Part shown: piece after piece, positions 1-15,000 of the stretch | Position numbering within the stretch: position 1 is the stretch's first letter | Layout of the letters: each line of letters opens with the position of its first letter | Origin: Eledone cirrhosa | Lineage: Eukaryota | DNA: 64,000 bases | NCBI GenBank assembly: GCA_964016885.1 | Contig: OZ024744.1 | Coordinates: forward strand, 22,754,001 to 22,818,000 | Direction of reading: 5' to 3' | Position numbers and translations under genes: made by a program | Notes under the pieces: model-generated | The model's input: the letters and a program-made list of their open reading frames with translations, nothing else | What the model was told of the DNA's origin: nothing | The model's database searches: none

Positions 1-3000
1 CCACCGTCAACAAGCCTAACGGAGCCTGCCCACCTTCGACAAACCTAACAGAGTGTATCCATATTCGACAAGTCTAACAGAGACTGCCCACCTTCGACAA
101 ACCTAAAAGAGGCTACCGACCTTCGACAAACCTAACAGAAACTACCCACCCTCGACAAACCTAACAGAGACTGCCCACCATGGACAAAACTAACAGTGAC
201 TGCCCACTTTCGACAAACCTAACAGAGACTGCCTGCCTTCGAGAAGTCTAACAGAGACTAGCCACCTTCGACAAGTCTAACAGAGACTGCCCACCTTCAA
301 CAAGTCTAACAGAGACTGCCCACCTTCGACAAGCCAAACAGAGTCTGCCCACCTTCGACAAACCTAACAGAGACTGCCCACAGTCGAGAAACCTAACAGA
401 GCCTGCCCACCTTTGACTAACCTAACAGAGACTCCCACCTTCGACAAGCCTAACAGAGACTGCCCACCTTCGACAAGCCTAACAGAGACTGCCCACCTTC
501 GACAAACCTAACAGAGACTGTCCACCTTCGACAAACCTAACAGAGACTGGCCACCTTCGACAAGTCTAACAGAGACTGGCCACCTTCGACAAAACTAACA
601 GAGACTGTCCACCTTCGACAAGCCTAACAGAGACTGTCCACCTTCGACAAGCCTAACAGAGACTGCCCACCTTCGACAAACCTAACAGAGACTGTCCACC
701 TTCGACAAGCCTAACAGAGACTGTCCACCTTCGACAAGCCTAACAGAGATTGCCCACCTTCGACAAACCTAACAGAGACTGCCCACTTTCGATAAACGTA
801 ACATAGACTGCCCATCTTCGACAAGCCTAACAAAGATGGCCCCCGTTCGACAAGCCTAACAGAGACTGCCCGCCTTCGACAAACCTAACAGAGACTGCCC
901 ACTTTCGATAAACGTAACATAGACTGCCCATCTTCGACAAGCCTAACAAATATGGCCCCCGTTCGACAAGCCTAACAGAGACTGCCTACCTTAGACAAGT
1001 CTAAGAGATTCGGCCCACCTTCGAAAAGCCTAACAGAGACTGCTCACCTTCGACAAACCTAACGGAGACTGCCCACCTTAGACAAGTGTAACAGAGACTG
1101 CCGACCTTCGACAAGTCTAACAGAGACTGCCTACCTTCAACAAGTCTAACATAGACTGCCCACTTTCGACAAACCTAACAGAGACTGCCCACCCTTGACA
1201 AACCTAACAGAGACTGACCACCTTCGACAAGTCTAATAGAGACGGCCCACTTTCGATGAACGTAACATAGACTGCCCATCTTCTACAAGCCTAACAAAGA
1301 TGGCCCCCGTTCGAGAAGCCTAACAGAGACTGCCTACCTTAGAGAAGTCTAAGAGCGACGGCCCACCTTCGACAAGCCTATCAGAGACTGTCCACCTTCG
1401 TTCGACAAGCCTAACAGACTCTGTCCACCTTCGACAAGCCTAACAGAGACTGCTCACCTTCGACAAACCTAACGGAGACTGCCCACATTTGACAAGTATA
1501 ACAGAGACTGCCCACCTTTTACAAGTCTAACAGAGACTGCCTACCTTCGACAAGTCTAACATGGACTGCCCACTTTCGACAAACCTAACAATGACTGTCC
1601 ACTCTCGACAACCTAACAGTGACTGCCCACTTTTCACAAACCCAACAGAGACTACCGACCTTCGACAAACCTAACAGAGGATACCGTCCTTCGACAAACC
1701 TAACAGAGACTGCCCACCCTCGACAAACCTAACAGTGACTGCCCACCTTCGACAAACCTAACAGTGACTGCCCACTTTCGACAAGCCTAACAGAGACTGC
1801 CTACCTTAGAGAAGTCTAAGAGAGACGGCCCACCTTCGAAAAGCCTAACAGAGACTGCTCACCTTCGACAAACCTAACGGAGACTGCCCACCTTAGACAA
1901 GTGTAACAGAGACTACCCACCTTCGACAAGTCTAACAGAGACTGCCTACCTTCGACAAGTCTAACATAGACTGCCCACTTTCGACAAACCTAACAGAGAC
2001 TGCCCACCCTTGACAAACCTAACAGAGACTGACCACCTTCGGCAAGTCTAATAGAGACTGCCCTTCTTCGACACACCTAACAGAGGCTACCGACCATCGA
2101 CAAACCTAACGGAAACTGCCTACCCTCGACAAACCTAACAGAGACTGCCCACCTTCGACATACCTAACACTGACTGCCCACTTTCTACGAGTCTAATAGA
2201 GACTGCCCACCGTCAACAAGCCTAACGGAGCCTGCCCACCTTCGACAAACCTAACAGAGTGTATCCATATTCGACAAGTCTAACAGAGACTGCCCACCTT
2301 CGACAAACCTAAAAGAGGCTACCGACCTTCGACAAACCTAACAGAAACTACCCACCCTCGACAAACCTAACAGAGACTGCCCACCATGGACAAAACTAAC
2401 AGTGACTGCCCACTTTCGACAAACCTAACAGAGACTGCCTGCCTTCGAGAAGTCTAACAGAGACTAGCCACCTTCGACAAGTCTAACAGAGACTGCCCAC
2501 CTTCAACAAGTCTAACAGAGACTGCCCACCTTCGACAAGACAAACAGAGTCTGCCCACCTTCGACAAACCTAACAGAGACTGCCCACATTCGAGAAACCT
2601 AACAGAGCCTGCCCACCTTTGACTAACCTAACAGAGACTGCCCACCTTCGACAAGCCTAACAGAGACTGCCCACCTTCGACAAACCTAACAGAGACTGTC
2701 CACCTTCGACAAACCTAACAGAGACTGGCCACCTTCGACAAGTCTAACAGAGACTGGCCACCTTCGACAAAACTAACAGAGACTGTCCACCTTCGACAAG
2801 CCTAACAGAGACTGTCCACCTTCGACAAGCCTAACAGAGACTGCCCACCTTCGACAAACCTAACAGAGACTGTCCACCTTCGACAAGCCTAACAGAGACT
2901 GTCCACCTTCGACAAGCCTAACAGAGATTGCCCACCTTCGACAAACCTAACAGAGACTGCCCACTTTCGATAAACGTAACATAGACTGCCCATCTTCGAC

Positions 3001-6000
3001 AAGCCTAACAAAGATGGCCCCCGTTCGACAAGCCTAACAGAGACTGCCCGCCTTCGACAAACCTAACAGAGACTGCCCACTTTCGATAAACGTAACATAG
3101 ACTGCCCATCTTCGACAAGCCTAACAAATATGGCCCCCGTTCGACAAGCCTAACAGAGACTGCCTACCTTAGACAAGTCTAAGAGAGACGGCCCACCTTC
3201 GAAAAGCCTAACAGAGACTGCTCACCTTCGACAAACCTAACGGAGACTGCCCACCTTAGACAAGTGTAACAGAGACTGCCGACCTTCGACAAGTCTAACA
3301 GAGACTGCCTACCTTCAACAAGTCTAACATAGACTGCCCACTTTCGACAAACCTAACAGAGACTGCCCACCCTTGACAAACCTAACAGAGACTGACCACC
3401 TTTGACAAGTCTAATAGAGACGGCCCATCTTCGACAAACCTAACGGAAACTGCCTACCCTCGACAAACCTAACAGAGACTGCCCACCTTCGGCAAACCAA
3501 ACAAAGACTGCCGACCTTCGACAAACCTAACAGAGACTACCCACCTTCGACAAGTCTAATAGAAACTGCCCACCGTCAACAAGCCTTACGGTGACTGCCC
3601 ACCTTCGACAAACCTAACAGAGTGTACCCATATTCGACAAGTCTAACAGAGACTGCCCACCTTCGACAACCCTAACAGAGGCTACCGACCTTCGACAAAC
3701 CTAACAGAAACTACCCACCCTCGACAAACCTAACAGAGACTGCCCACCATGGACAAAACTAACAGTGACTGCCCACTTTCGACAAACCTAATAGAGAAGG
3801 CCTGCCTTCGACAAGTCTAACAGAGACTAGCCACCTTCGACAAGTCTAACAGAGACTGCCCACCTTCAACAAGTCTAACAGAGACTGCCCACCTTCGACA
3901 AACCAAACAGAGACTGCCCACCTTCGACAAACCAAACAGAGTGCCCAACTTCGACAATCCTAACAGAGACTCCCCACCGTTGACAAGCCTAACAGAGATT
4001 CCCCACCTTCGACAAGCCTAACAGAGACTGCCCACATTCGAGAAACCTAACAGAGCCTGCCCACCTTTGACTAACCTAACAGAGTCTCCCACCTTCGACA
4101 AGCCTAACAGAGACTGCCCACCTTCGACAAGCCTAACAGAGACTGCCCACCTTCGACAAACCTAACAGAGACTGTCCACCTTCGACAAGTCTAACAGAGA
4201 CTGGCCACCTTCGACAAAATTAACAGAGACTGTCCACCTTCGACAAGCCTAACAGAGACTGCCCACCTTCGACAAACCTAACAGAGACTGCCCACCTTCG
4301 ACAAACCTAACAGAGACTCTCCACCTTCGACAAGCCTAACAGAGACTGTCCACCTTCGACAAACCTAACAGAGACTTTCCCACCTTCGACAAACCTAACA
4401 GAGACTGCCCACTTCCGATAAACGTAACATAGACTGCCCATCTTCGACAAGCCTAACAAAGAGGGCCCCCGTTCGACAAGCCTAACAGAGACTGCCTACC
4501 TTAGAGAAGTCTAAGAGAGACGGCCCACCTTCGAAAAGCCTAACAGAGACTGCTCACCTTCGACAAATCTAACGGAGACTGCCCACCTTCGACAAGTGTA
4601 ACAGAGACTGCCCACCTTCGACAAGTCTAACAGAGACTGCCTACCTTCGACAAGTCTAACATGGACTGCCCACTTTCGACAAACCTAACAGTGACTGTCC
4701 ACTCTCTACAACCTAACAGTGACTGCCCACTTTCCACAAACCTAACAGAGACTACCGTCCTTCGACAAACCTAACAGAGGCTACCGTCCTTCGACAAACC
4801 TAACAGAGACTGCCCACCTTCGACAAACCTAACAGAGACTGCCCACCTTCGACAAACCTAACAGTGACTGCCCACTTTCGACAAGCCTAACAGAGACTGC
4901 CTACCTTAGACAAGTCTAAGAGAGACGGCCCACCTTCGAAAAGCCTAACAGAGACTGCTCACCTTCGACAAACCTAACGGAGACTGCCCACCTTAGACAA
5001 GTCTAACAGAGACTGCCCACTTTCGACAAACCTAACAGAGACTGCCCACCCTTGACAAACCTAACAGAGACTGACCACCTTCGGCAAGTCTAATAGAGAC
5101 TGCCCATCTTCGACAAACCTAACAGAGGCTACCGACCATCGACAAACCTAACGGAAACTGCCTACCCTCGACAAACCTAGAAGAGACTGCCCACCTTCGA
5201 CAAACCTAACACTGACTGCCCACTTTCTACAAGTCTAATAGAGATTGCCCACCGTCAACAAGCCTAACTGAGACTGCCCACCTTCGACAAACCTAACAGA
5301 GTGTACCCATATTCGACAAGTCTAACAGAGACTGCCCACCTTCGACAAACCTAAAAGAGGCTACCGACCTTCGACAAACCTAACAGAAACTACCCACCCT
5401 CGACAAACCAAACAGAGACTGCCCACCATGGACAAAACTAACAGTGACTGCCCACTTTCGACAAATCTAACAGAGACTCCCTGCCTTCGACAAGTCTAAC
5501 AGAGACTAGCCACCTTCGACAAGTCTAACAGAGACTGCCCACCTTCAACAAGTCTAAGAGAAACTGCCCACCTTCGACAATCCTAACAGAGATTCCCCAC
5601 CTTCGACAAGCCTAACAGAGACTCCCCACCTTCGACAAGCCTAACAGAGACTCCCCACCTTCGACAAGCCTAACAGAGACTGCCCACATTCGAGAAACCT
5701 AACAGAGCCTGCCCACCTTTGACTAACATAACAGAGACTCCCACCTTCGACAAGCCTAACAGAGACTGCCCACCTTCGACAAGCCTAACAGAGACTGCCC
5801 ACCTTCGACAAACCTAACAGAGACTGTCCACCTTCGACAAGCCTAACAGAGACTGCCCACCTTCGACAAACCTAACAGAGACTGTCCACCTTCGACAAGC
5901 CTAACAGAGACTGCCCATCTTCGACAAGCCTAACAGAGACTGCCCACCTTCGACAAACCTAACAGAGACTGTCCACCTTCGACAAACCTAACAGAGACTG

Positions 6001-9000
6001 CCCACCTTCGACAAACCTAACAGAGACTGTCCACCTTCGACAAGCCTAACAGAGACTGCCCACCTTCGACAAGCCTAACAGAGACTGCCCACCTTCGACA
6101 AACCTAACAGAGACTGCCCTCCTTCGACAAGCCTAACAAAGACGGCCCCCGTTCGACAAGCCTAACAGAGACTGCCTACCTTAGACAAGTCTAAGAGAGA
6201 CGGCCCACCTTCGAAAATCCTAACAGAGACTGCTCACCTTCGACAAACCTAACGGAGACTGCCCACTTTCGACAAGTGTAACAGAGACTGCCCACCTTCG
6301 ACAAGTCTAACAGAGACTGCCTACCTTCGACAAATCTAACATGGACTGCCCACTTTCGACAAACCTAACAGTGACTGCCCACTCTCGACAACCTAACAGT
6401 GACTGCCCACTATCCACAGACCTAACAGAGACTACCGACCTTCGACAAACCTAACAGAGGCTACCGACCTTCGACAAACCTAACAGAGACTGCCCACCCT
6501 CGACAAACCTAACAGAGACTGCCCACCTTCGACAAACCTAACAGTGACTGCCCAATTTCGACAAGCCTAACAGAGACTGCCTACCTTAGACAAGTCTAAG
6601 AGAGACGGCCCACCTTCGAAAAGCCTAACAGAGACTGCTCACCTTCGACAAACCTAACGGAGACTGCCCACCTTAGACAAGTGTAACAGAGACTGCCCAC
6701 CTTCGACAAGTCTAACAGAGACTGCCTACCTTCGACAAGTCTAACATGGACTGCCCACTTTCGACAAACCTAACAGAGACTGCCCACCTTTGATAAACCT
6801 AACAGAGACTGACCACCTTCGATAAGTCTAATAGAGACTGCCAATCTTCGACAAACCTAACAGAGGCTACCGACCATCGACTAACCTAACGGAAACTGCC
6901 TACCCTCGACAATCCTAACAGAGACTGCCCACCTTCGACAAACCTAAGAGTGACTGCGCACTTTTGAGAAACCTAACAGAGACTGCCCACCTTCGGCAAA
7001 TCTAACAAAGACTGCCCACCTTCGACAAACCTAACAGAGACTACCCACCTTCGACAAGTCTAATAGAGACTGCCCACCGTCAACAAGCCTAAGGGAGACT
7101 GCTCACCTTCGACAAACCTAACAGAGTGTACCCATATACGACAAGTCTAACAGAGACTGCCCACCTTCGACAAACATAAAAGAGGCTACCGACCTTCGAC
7201 AAACCTAACAGAAACTACCCACCCTCGACAAACCTAACAGAGACTGCCCACCATGGAGAAAACTAACAGTGACGGCCCACTTTCGACAAACCTAACAGAG
7301 ACTGCCTGCCTTCGACAAGTCTAACAGAGACTAGCCACCTTCGACAAGTCTAACAGAGACTGCCCACCTTCAACAAGTCTAACAGAGACTGCCCACCTTC
7401 GACAAACCTAACAGAGACTGCGCACCTTCGACTAACCTAACATAGACTGCCCACCTTCGACAAGCCTAACAGAGACTGCCCAGCTTCGACAAGCCTAACA
7501 GAGACTGCCCACCTTCGAGAAACCTAACAGAGACTACCGTCCGTCGACAAACCTAACAGAGACTGCCTGCCTTCGACAAACCTAACAGAGACTGCCCACC
7601 TTCGACAAACCTAACAGTGACTGCCCACTTTCGACAAACCTAACGGAGACTGCCCACCTTAGACAAGTGTAACAGAGACTGCCCACCTTCGAAAAGCCTA
7701 ACAGAGACTGCTCACCTTCGACAAACCTAACGGAGACTGCCCACCTTAGACAAGTGTAACAGAGACTGCCCACCTTCGACACGTCTAACAGAGACTGCCT
7801 ACCTTCGACAAGTCTAACATAGACTGCCCACTTTCGACAAACCTAACAGAGACTGCCCACCCTTGACAAACCTAACAGAGACTGACCACCTTCGACAAGT
7901 CTAATAGAGACTGCCCATCTTCGACAAACCTAACGGAAACTGCCTACCCTCGACAAACCTAACAGAGACTGCCCACCTTCGGCAAACCAAACAAAGACTG
8001 CCGACCTTCGACAAACCTAACAGAGACTACCCACCTTCGACAAGTCTAATAGAAACTGCCCACCGTCAACAAGCCTTACGGAGACTGCCCACCTTCGACA
8101 AACCTAACAGAGCGTACCCATATTCGACAAGTCTAACAGAGACTGCCTACCTTCGACAACCCTGACAGAGGCTACCGACCTTCGACAAACCTAACAGAAA
8201 CTACCCACCCTCGACAAACCTAACAGAGACTGCCCACCTTGCACAAAACTAACAGTGACTGCCCACTTTCGACAAACCTAACAGAGACGGCCTGCCTTCG
8301 ACAAGTCTAACAGAGACTAGCCACCTTCGACAAGTCTAACAGAGACTGCCCACCTTCAACAAGTCTAACAGAGACTGCCCACCTTCGACAAACCAAACAG
8401 AGTCTGCCCACCTTCGACAAGTCTAAGAGAGACTGCCCAACTTCGACAATCCTAACAGAGACTCCCCACCTTTGACAAGCCTAACAGAGATTCCCCACCT
8501 TCGACAAGCCTAACAGAGACTGCCCACATTCGAGAAACCTAACAGAGCCTGCCCACCTTTGACTAACCTAACAGAGTCTCCCACCTTCGACAAGCCTAAC
8601 AGAGACTGCCCACCTTCGACAAGCCTAACAGAGACTGCCCACCTTCGACAAGTCTAACATGGACTGCCCACTTTCGACAAACCTAACAGTGACTGCCCAC
8701 TCTCGACAACCTAGCAGTGACTGCCCACTTTCCACAAACCTAACAGAGACTACCGACCTTCGACAAACCTAACAGAGGCTACCGACCTTCGACAAACCTA
8801 ACAGAGACTGCCCACCCTCGACAAACCTAACAGAGACTGCCCACCTTCGACAAACCTAACAGTGACTGCCCACTTTCGACAAGCCTAACAGAGACTGCCT
8901 ACCTTAGACAAGTCTAAGAGAGACGGCCCACCTTCGAAAATCCTAACAGAGACTGCTCACCTTCGACAAACCTAACGGAGACTGCCCACTTTCGACAAGT

Positions 9001-12000
9001 GTAACAGAGACTGCCCACCTTCGACAAGTCTAACATGGACTGCCCACTTTCGACAAACCTAACAGTGACTGCCCACTCTCGACAACCTAACAGTGACTGC
9101 CCACTTTCCACAAACCTAACAGAGACTACCGACCTTCGACAAACCTAACAGAGGCTACCGACCTTCGACAAACCTAACAGAGACTGCCCACCCTCGACAA
9201 ACCTAACAGAGACTGCCCACCTTCGACAAACCTAACAGTGACTGCCCACTTTCGACAAGCCTAACAGAGACTGCCTACCTTAGACAAGTCTAAGAGAGAC
9301 GGCCCACCTTCGAAAAGCCTAACAGAGACTGCTCACCTTCGACAAACCTAACGGAGACTGCCCACCTTAGACAAGTGTAACAGAGACTGCCCACCTTCGA
9401 CAAATCTAACAGAGACTGCCTACCTTCGACAAGTCTAACATAGACCGCCCACTTTCGACAAACCTAACAGAGACTGCACACCCTTGACAAACCTAACAGA
9501 GACTGACCACCTTCGACAAGTCTAATAGAGACTGCCCATCTTCGACAAACCTAACAGAGGCTACCGACCATCGACAAACCTAACGGAAACTGCCTACCCT
9601 CGACTAACCTAACAGAGACTGCCCACCTTCGACAAGCCTAACAGAGACTGCCCACCTTCGACAAACCTAACACTGACTGCCCACTTTCGACAAGTTGAAT
9701 AGAGACTGCCCACCGTCAACAAGCCTAACGGAGACTGCCCATCTTCGACAAACCTAACAGAGTGTACCCATATTCGACAAGTCTAACAGAGACTGCCCAC
9801 ACTCGACAAACCTAAAAGAGGCTACCGACCTTCGACAAACCTAACAGAAACTACCCACCCTCGACAAACCTAACAGAGACTGCCCACCATGGACAAACCT
9901 AACAGAGACTGCCCACCATGGACAAAACTAACAGTGACTGCCCACTTTCGACAAACCTAACAGAGACTGTCCACCTTCGACAAACCTAACAGAGACTGTC
10001 CACCTTCGACAAGCCAAACAGAGATTCCCCACCTTCGACAAGCCTAACAGAGACTGCCCACATTCGAGAAACCTAACAGAGCCTGCCCACCTTTGACTAA
10101 CCTAACAGAGAATCCCACCTTCGACAAGCCTAACAGAGACTGCCCACCTTCGACAAGCCTAACAGAGACTGCCCACCTTCGACAAACCTAACAGAGACTG
10201 TCCACCTTCGACAAGCCTAACAGAGACTGTCCACCTTCGACAAACCTAACAGAGACTGCCGACCTTCGACAAACGTAACGGAAACTGCCTACCCTCGACA
10301 AACCTAGAAGAGACTGCCCACCTTCGACAAACCTAACACTGACTGCCCACTTTCTACAAGTCTAATAGAGATTGCCCACCGTCAACAAGCCTAACTGAGA
10401 CTGCCCACCTTCGACAAACCTAACAGAGTGTACCCATATTCGACAAGTCTAACAGAGACTGCCCACCTTCGACAAACCTAAAAGAGGCTACCGACCTTCG
10501 ACAAACCTAACAGAAACTACCCACCCTCGACAAACCAAACAGAGACTGCCCACCATGGACAAAACTAACAGTGACTGCCCACTTTCGACAAATCTAACAG
10601 AGACTCCCTGCCTTCGACAAGTCTAACAGAGACTAGCCACCTTCGACAAGTCTAACAGAGACTGCCCACCTTCAACAAGTCTAAGAGAAACTGCCCACCT
10701 TCGACAATCCTAACAGAGATTCCCCACCTTCGACAAGCCTAACAGAGACTCCCCACCTTCGACAAGCCTAACAGAGACTCCCCACCTTCGACAAGCCTAA
10801 CAGAGACTGCCCACATTCGAGAAAGCTAACAGAGCCTGCCCACCTTTGACTAACATAACAGAGACTCCCACCTTCGACAAGCCTAACAGAGACTGCCCAC
10901 CTTCGACAAGCCTAACAGAGACTGCCCACCTTCGACAAACCTAACAGAGACTGTCCACCTTCGACAAGCCTAACAGAGACTGCCCACCTTCGACAAACCT
11001 AACAGAGACTGTCCACCTTCGACAAGCCTAACAGAGACTGCCCATCTTCGACAAGCCTAACAGAGACTGCCCACATTCGACAAACCTAACAGAGACTGTC
11101 CACCTTCGACAAACCTAACAGAGACTGCCCACCTTCGACAAACCTAACAGAGACTGTCCACCTTCGACAAGCCTAACAGAGACTGCCCACCTTCGACAAG
11201 CCTAACAGAGACTGCTCACCTTCGACAAACCTAACAGAGACTGCCCTCCTTCGACAAGCCTAACAAAGACGGCCCCCGTTCGACAAGCCTAACAGAGACT
11301 GCCTACCTTAGACAAGTCTAAGAGAGACGGCCCACCTTCGAAAATCCTAACAGAGACTGCTCACCTTCGACAAACCTAACGGAGACTGCCCACTTTCGAC
11401 AAGTGTAACAGAGACTGCCCACCTTCGACAAGTCTAACAGAGACTGCCTACCTTCGACAAATCTAACATGGACTGCCCACTTTCGACAAACCTAACAGTG
11501 ACTGCCCACTCTCGACAACCTAACAGTGACTGCCCACTATCCACAGACCTAACAGAGACTACCGACCTTCGACAAACCTAACAGAGGCTACCGACCTTCG
11601 ACAAACCTAACAGAGACTGCCCACCCTCGACAAACCTAACAGAGACTGCCCACCTTCGACAAACCTAACAGTGACTGCCCAATTTCGACAAGCCTAACAG
11701 AGACTGCCTACCTTAGACAAGTCTAAGAGAGACGGCCCACCTTCGAAAAGCCTAACAGAGACTGCTCACCTTCGACAAACCTAACGGAGACTGCCCACCT
11801 TAGACAAGTGTAACAGAGACTGCCCACCTTCGACAAGTCTAACAGAGACTGCCTACCTTCGACAAGTCTAACATGGACTGCCCACTTTCGACAAACCTAA
11901 CAGAGACTGCCCACCTTTGATAAACCTAACAGAGACTGACCACCTTCGATAAGTCTAATAGAGACTGCCAATCTTCGACAAACCTAACAGAGGCTACCGA

Positions 12001-15000
12001 CCATCGACTAACCTAACGGAAACTGCCTACCCTCGACAATCCTAACAGAGACTGCCCACCTTCGACAAACCTAAGAGTGACTGCGCACTTTTGAGAAACC
12101 TAACAGAGACTGCCCACCTTCGGCAAATCTAACAAAGACTGCCCACCTTCGACAAACCTAACAGAGACTACCCACCTTCGACAAGTCTAATAGAGACTGC
12201 CCACCGTCAACAAGCCTAAGGGAGACTGCTCACCTTCGACAAACCTAACAGAGTGTACCCATATACGACAAGTCTAACAGAGACTGCCCACCTTCGACAA
12301 ACATAAAAGAGGCTACCGACCTTCGACAAACCTAACAGAAACTACCCACCCTCGACAAACCTAACAGAGACTGCCCACCATGGAGAAAACTAACAGTGAC
12401 GGCCCACTTTCGACAAACCTAACAGAGACTGCCTGCCTTCGACAAGTCTAACAGAGACTAGCCACCTTCGACAAGTCTAACAGAGACTGCCCACCTTCAA
12501 CAAGTCTAACAGAGACTGCCCACCTTCGACAAACCTAACAGAGACTGCGCACCTTCGACTAACCTAACATAGACTGCCCACCTTCGACAAGCCTAACAGA
12601 GACTGCCCAGCTTCGACAAGCCTAACAGAGACTGCCCACCTTCGAGAAACCTAACAGAGACTACCGTCCGTCGACAAACCTAACAGAGACTGCCTGCCTT
12701 CGACAAACCTAACAGAGACTGCCCACCTTCGACAAACCTAACAGTGACTGCCCACTTTCGACAAACCTAACGGAGACTGCCCACCTTAGACAAGTGTAAC
12801 AGAGACTGCCCACCTTCGAAAAGCCTAACAGAGACTGCTCACCTTCGACAAACCTAACGGAGACTGCCCACCTTAGACAAGTGTAACAGAGACTGCCCAC
12901 CTTCGACACGTCTAACAGAGACTGCCTACCTTCGACAAGTCTAACATAGACTGCCCACTTTCGACAAACCTAACAGAGACTGCCCACCCTTGACAAACCT
13001 AACAGAGACTGACCACCTTCGACAAGTCTAATAGAGACTGCCCATCTTCGACAAACCTAACGGAAACTGCCTACCCTCGACAAACCTAACAGAGACTGCC
13101 CACCTTCGGCAAACCAAACAAAGACTGCCGACCTTCGACAAACCTAACAGAGACTACCCACCTTCGACAAGTCTAATAGAAACTGCCCACCGTCAACAAG
13201 CCTTACGGAGACTGCCCACCTTCGACAAACCTAACAGAGCGTACCCATATTCGACAAGTCTAACAGAGACTGCCTACCTTCGACAACCCTGACAGAGGCT
13301 ACCGACCTTCGACAAACCTAACAGAAACTACCCACCCTCGACAAACCTAACAGAGACTGCCCACCTTGCACAAAACTAACAGTGACTGCCCACTTTCGAC
13401 AAACCTAACAGAGACGGCCTGCCTTCGACAAGTCTAACAGAGACTAGCCACCTTCGACAAGTCTAACAGAGACTGCCCACCTTCAACAAGTCTAACAGAG
13501 ACTGCCCACCTTCGACAAACCAAACAGAGTCTGCCCACCTTCGACAAGTCTAAGAGAGACTGCCCAACTTCGACAATCCTAACAGAGACTCCCCACCTTT
13601 GACAAGCCTAACAGAGATTCCCCACCTTCGACAAGCCTAACAGAGACTGCCCACATTCGAGAAACCTAACAGAGCCTGCCCACCTTTGACTAACCTAACA
13701 GAGTCTCCCACCTTCGACAAGCCTAACAGAGACTGCCCACCTTCGACAAGCCTAACAGAGACTGCCCACCTTCGACAAGTCTAACATGGACTGCCCACTT
13801 TCGACAAACCTAACAGTGACTGCCCACTCTCGACAACCTAGCAGTGACTGCCCACTTTCCACAAACCTAACAGAGACTACCGACCTTCGACAAACCTAAC
13901 AGAGGCTACCGACCTTCGACAAACCTAACAGAGACTGCCCACCCTCGACAAACCTAACAGAGACTGCCCACCTTCGACAAACCTAACAGTGACTGCCCAC
14001 TTTCGACAAGCCTAACAGAGACTGCCTACCTTAGACAAGTCTAAGAGAGACGGCCCACCTTCGAAAATCCTAACAGAGACTGCTCACCTTCGACAAACCT
14101 AACGGAGACTGCCCACTTTCGACAAGTGTAACAGAGACTGCCCACCTTCGACAAGTCTAACATGGACTGCCCACTTTCGACAAACCTAACAGTGACTGCC
14201 CACTCTCGACAACCTAACAGTGACTGCCCACTTTCCACAAACCTAACAGAGACTACCGACCTTCGACAAACCTAACAGAGGCTACCGACCTTCGACAAAC
14301 CTAACAGAGACTGCCCACCCTCGACAAACCTAACAGAGACTGCCCACCTTCGACAAACCTAACAGTGACTGCCCACTTTCGACAAGCCTAACAGAGACTG
14401 CCTACCTTAGACAAGTCTAAGAGAGACGGCCCACCTTCGAAAAGCCTAACAGAGACTGCTCACCTTCGACAAACCTAACGGAGACTGCCCACCTTAGACA
14501 AGTGTAACAGAGACTGCCCACCTTCGACAAATCTAACAGAGACTGCCTACCTTCGACAAGTCTAACATAGACCGCCCACTTTCGACAAACCTAACAGAGA
14601 CTGCACACCCTTGACAAACCTAACAGAGACTGACCACCTTCGACAAGTCTAATAGAGACTGCCCATCTTCGACAAACCTAACAGAGGCTACCGACCATCG
14701 ACAAACCTAACGGAAACTGCCTACCCTCGACTAACCTAACAGAGACTGCCCACCTTCGACAAGCCTAACAGAGACTGCCCACCTTCGACAAACCTAACAC
14801 TGACTGCCCACTTTCGACAAGTTGAATAGAGACTGCCCACCGTCAACAAGCCTAACGGAGACTGCCCATCTTCGACAAACCTAACAGAGTGTACCCATAT
14901 TCGACAAGTCTAACAGAGACTGCCCACACTCGACAAACCTAAAAGAGGCTACCGACCTTCGACAAACCTAACAGAAACTACCCACCCTCGACAAACCTAA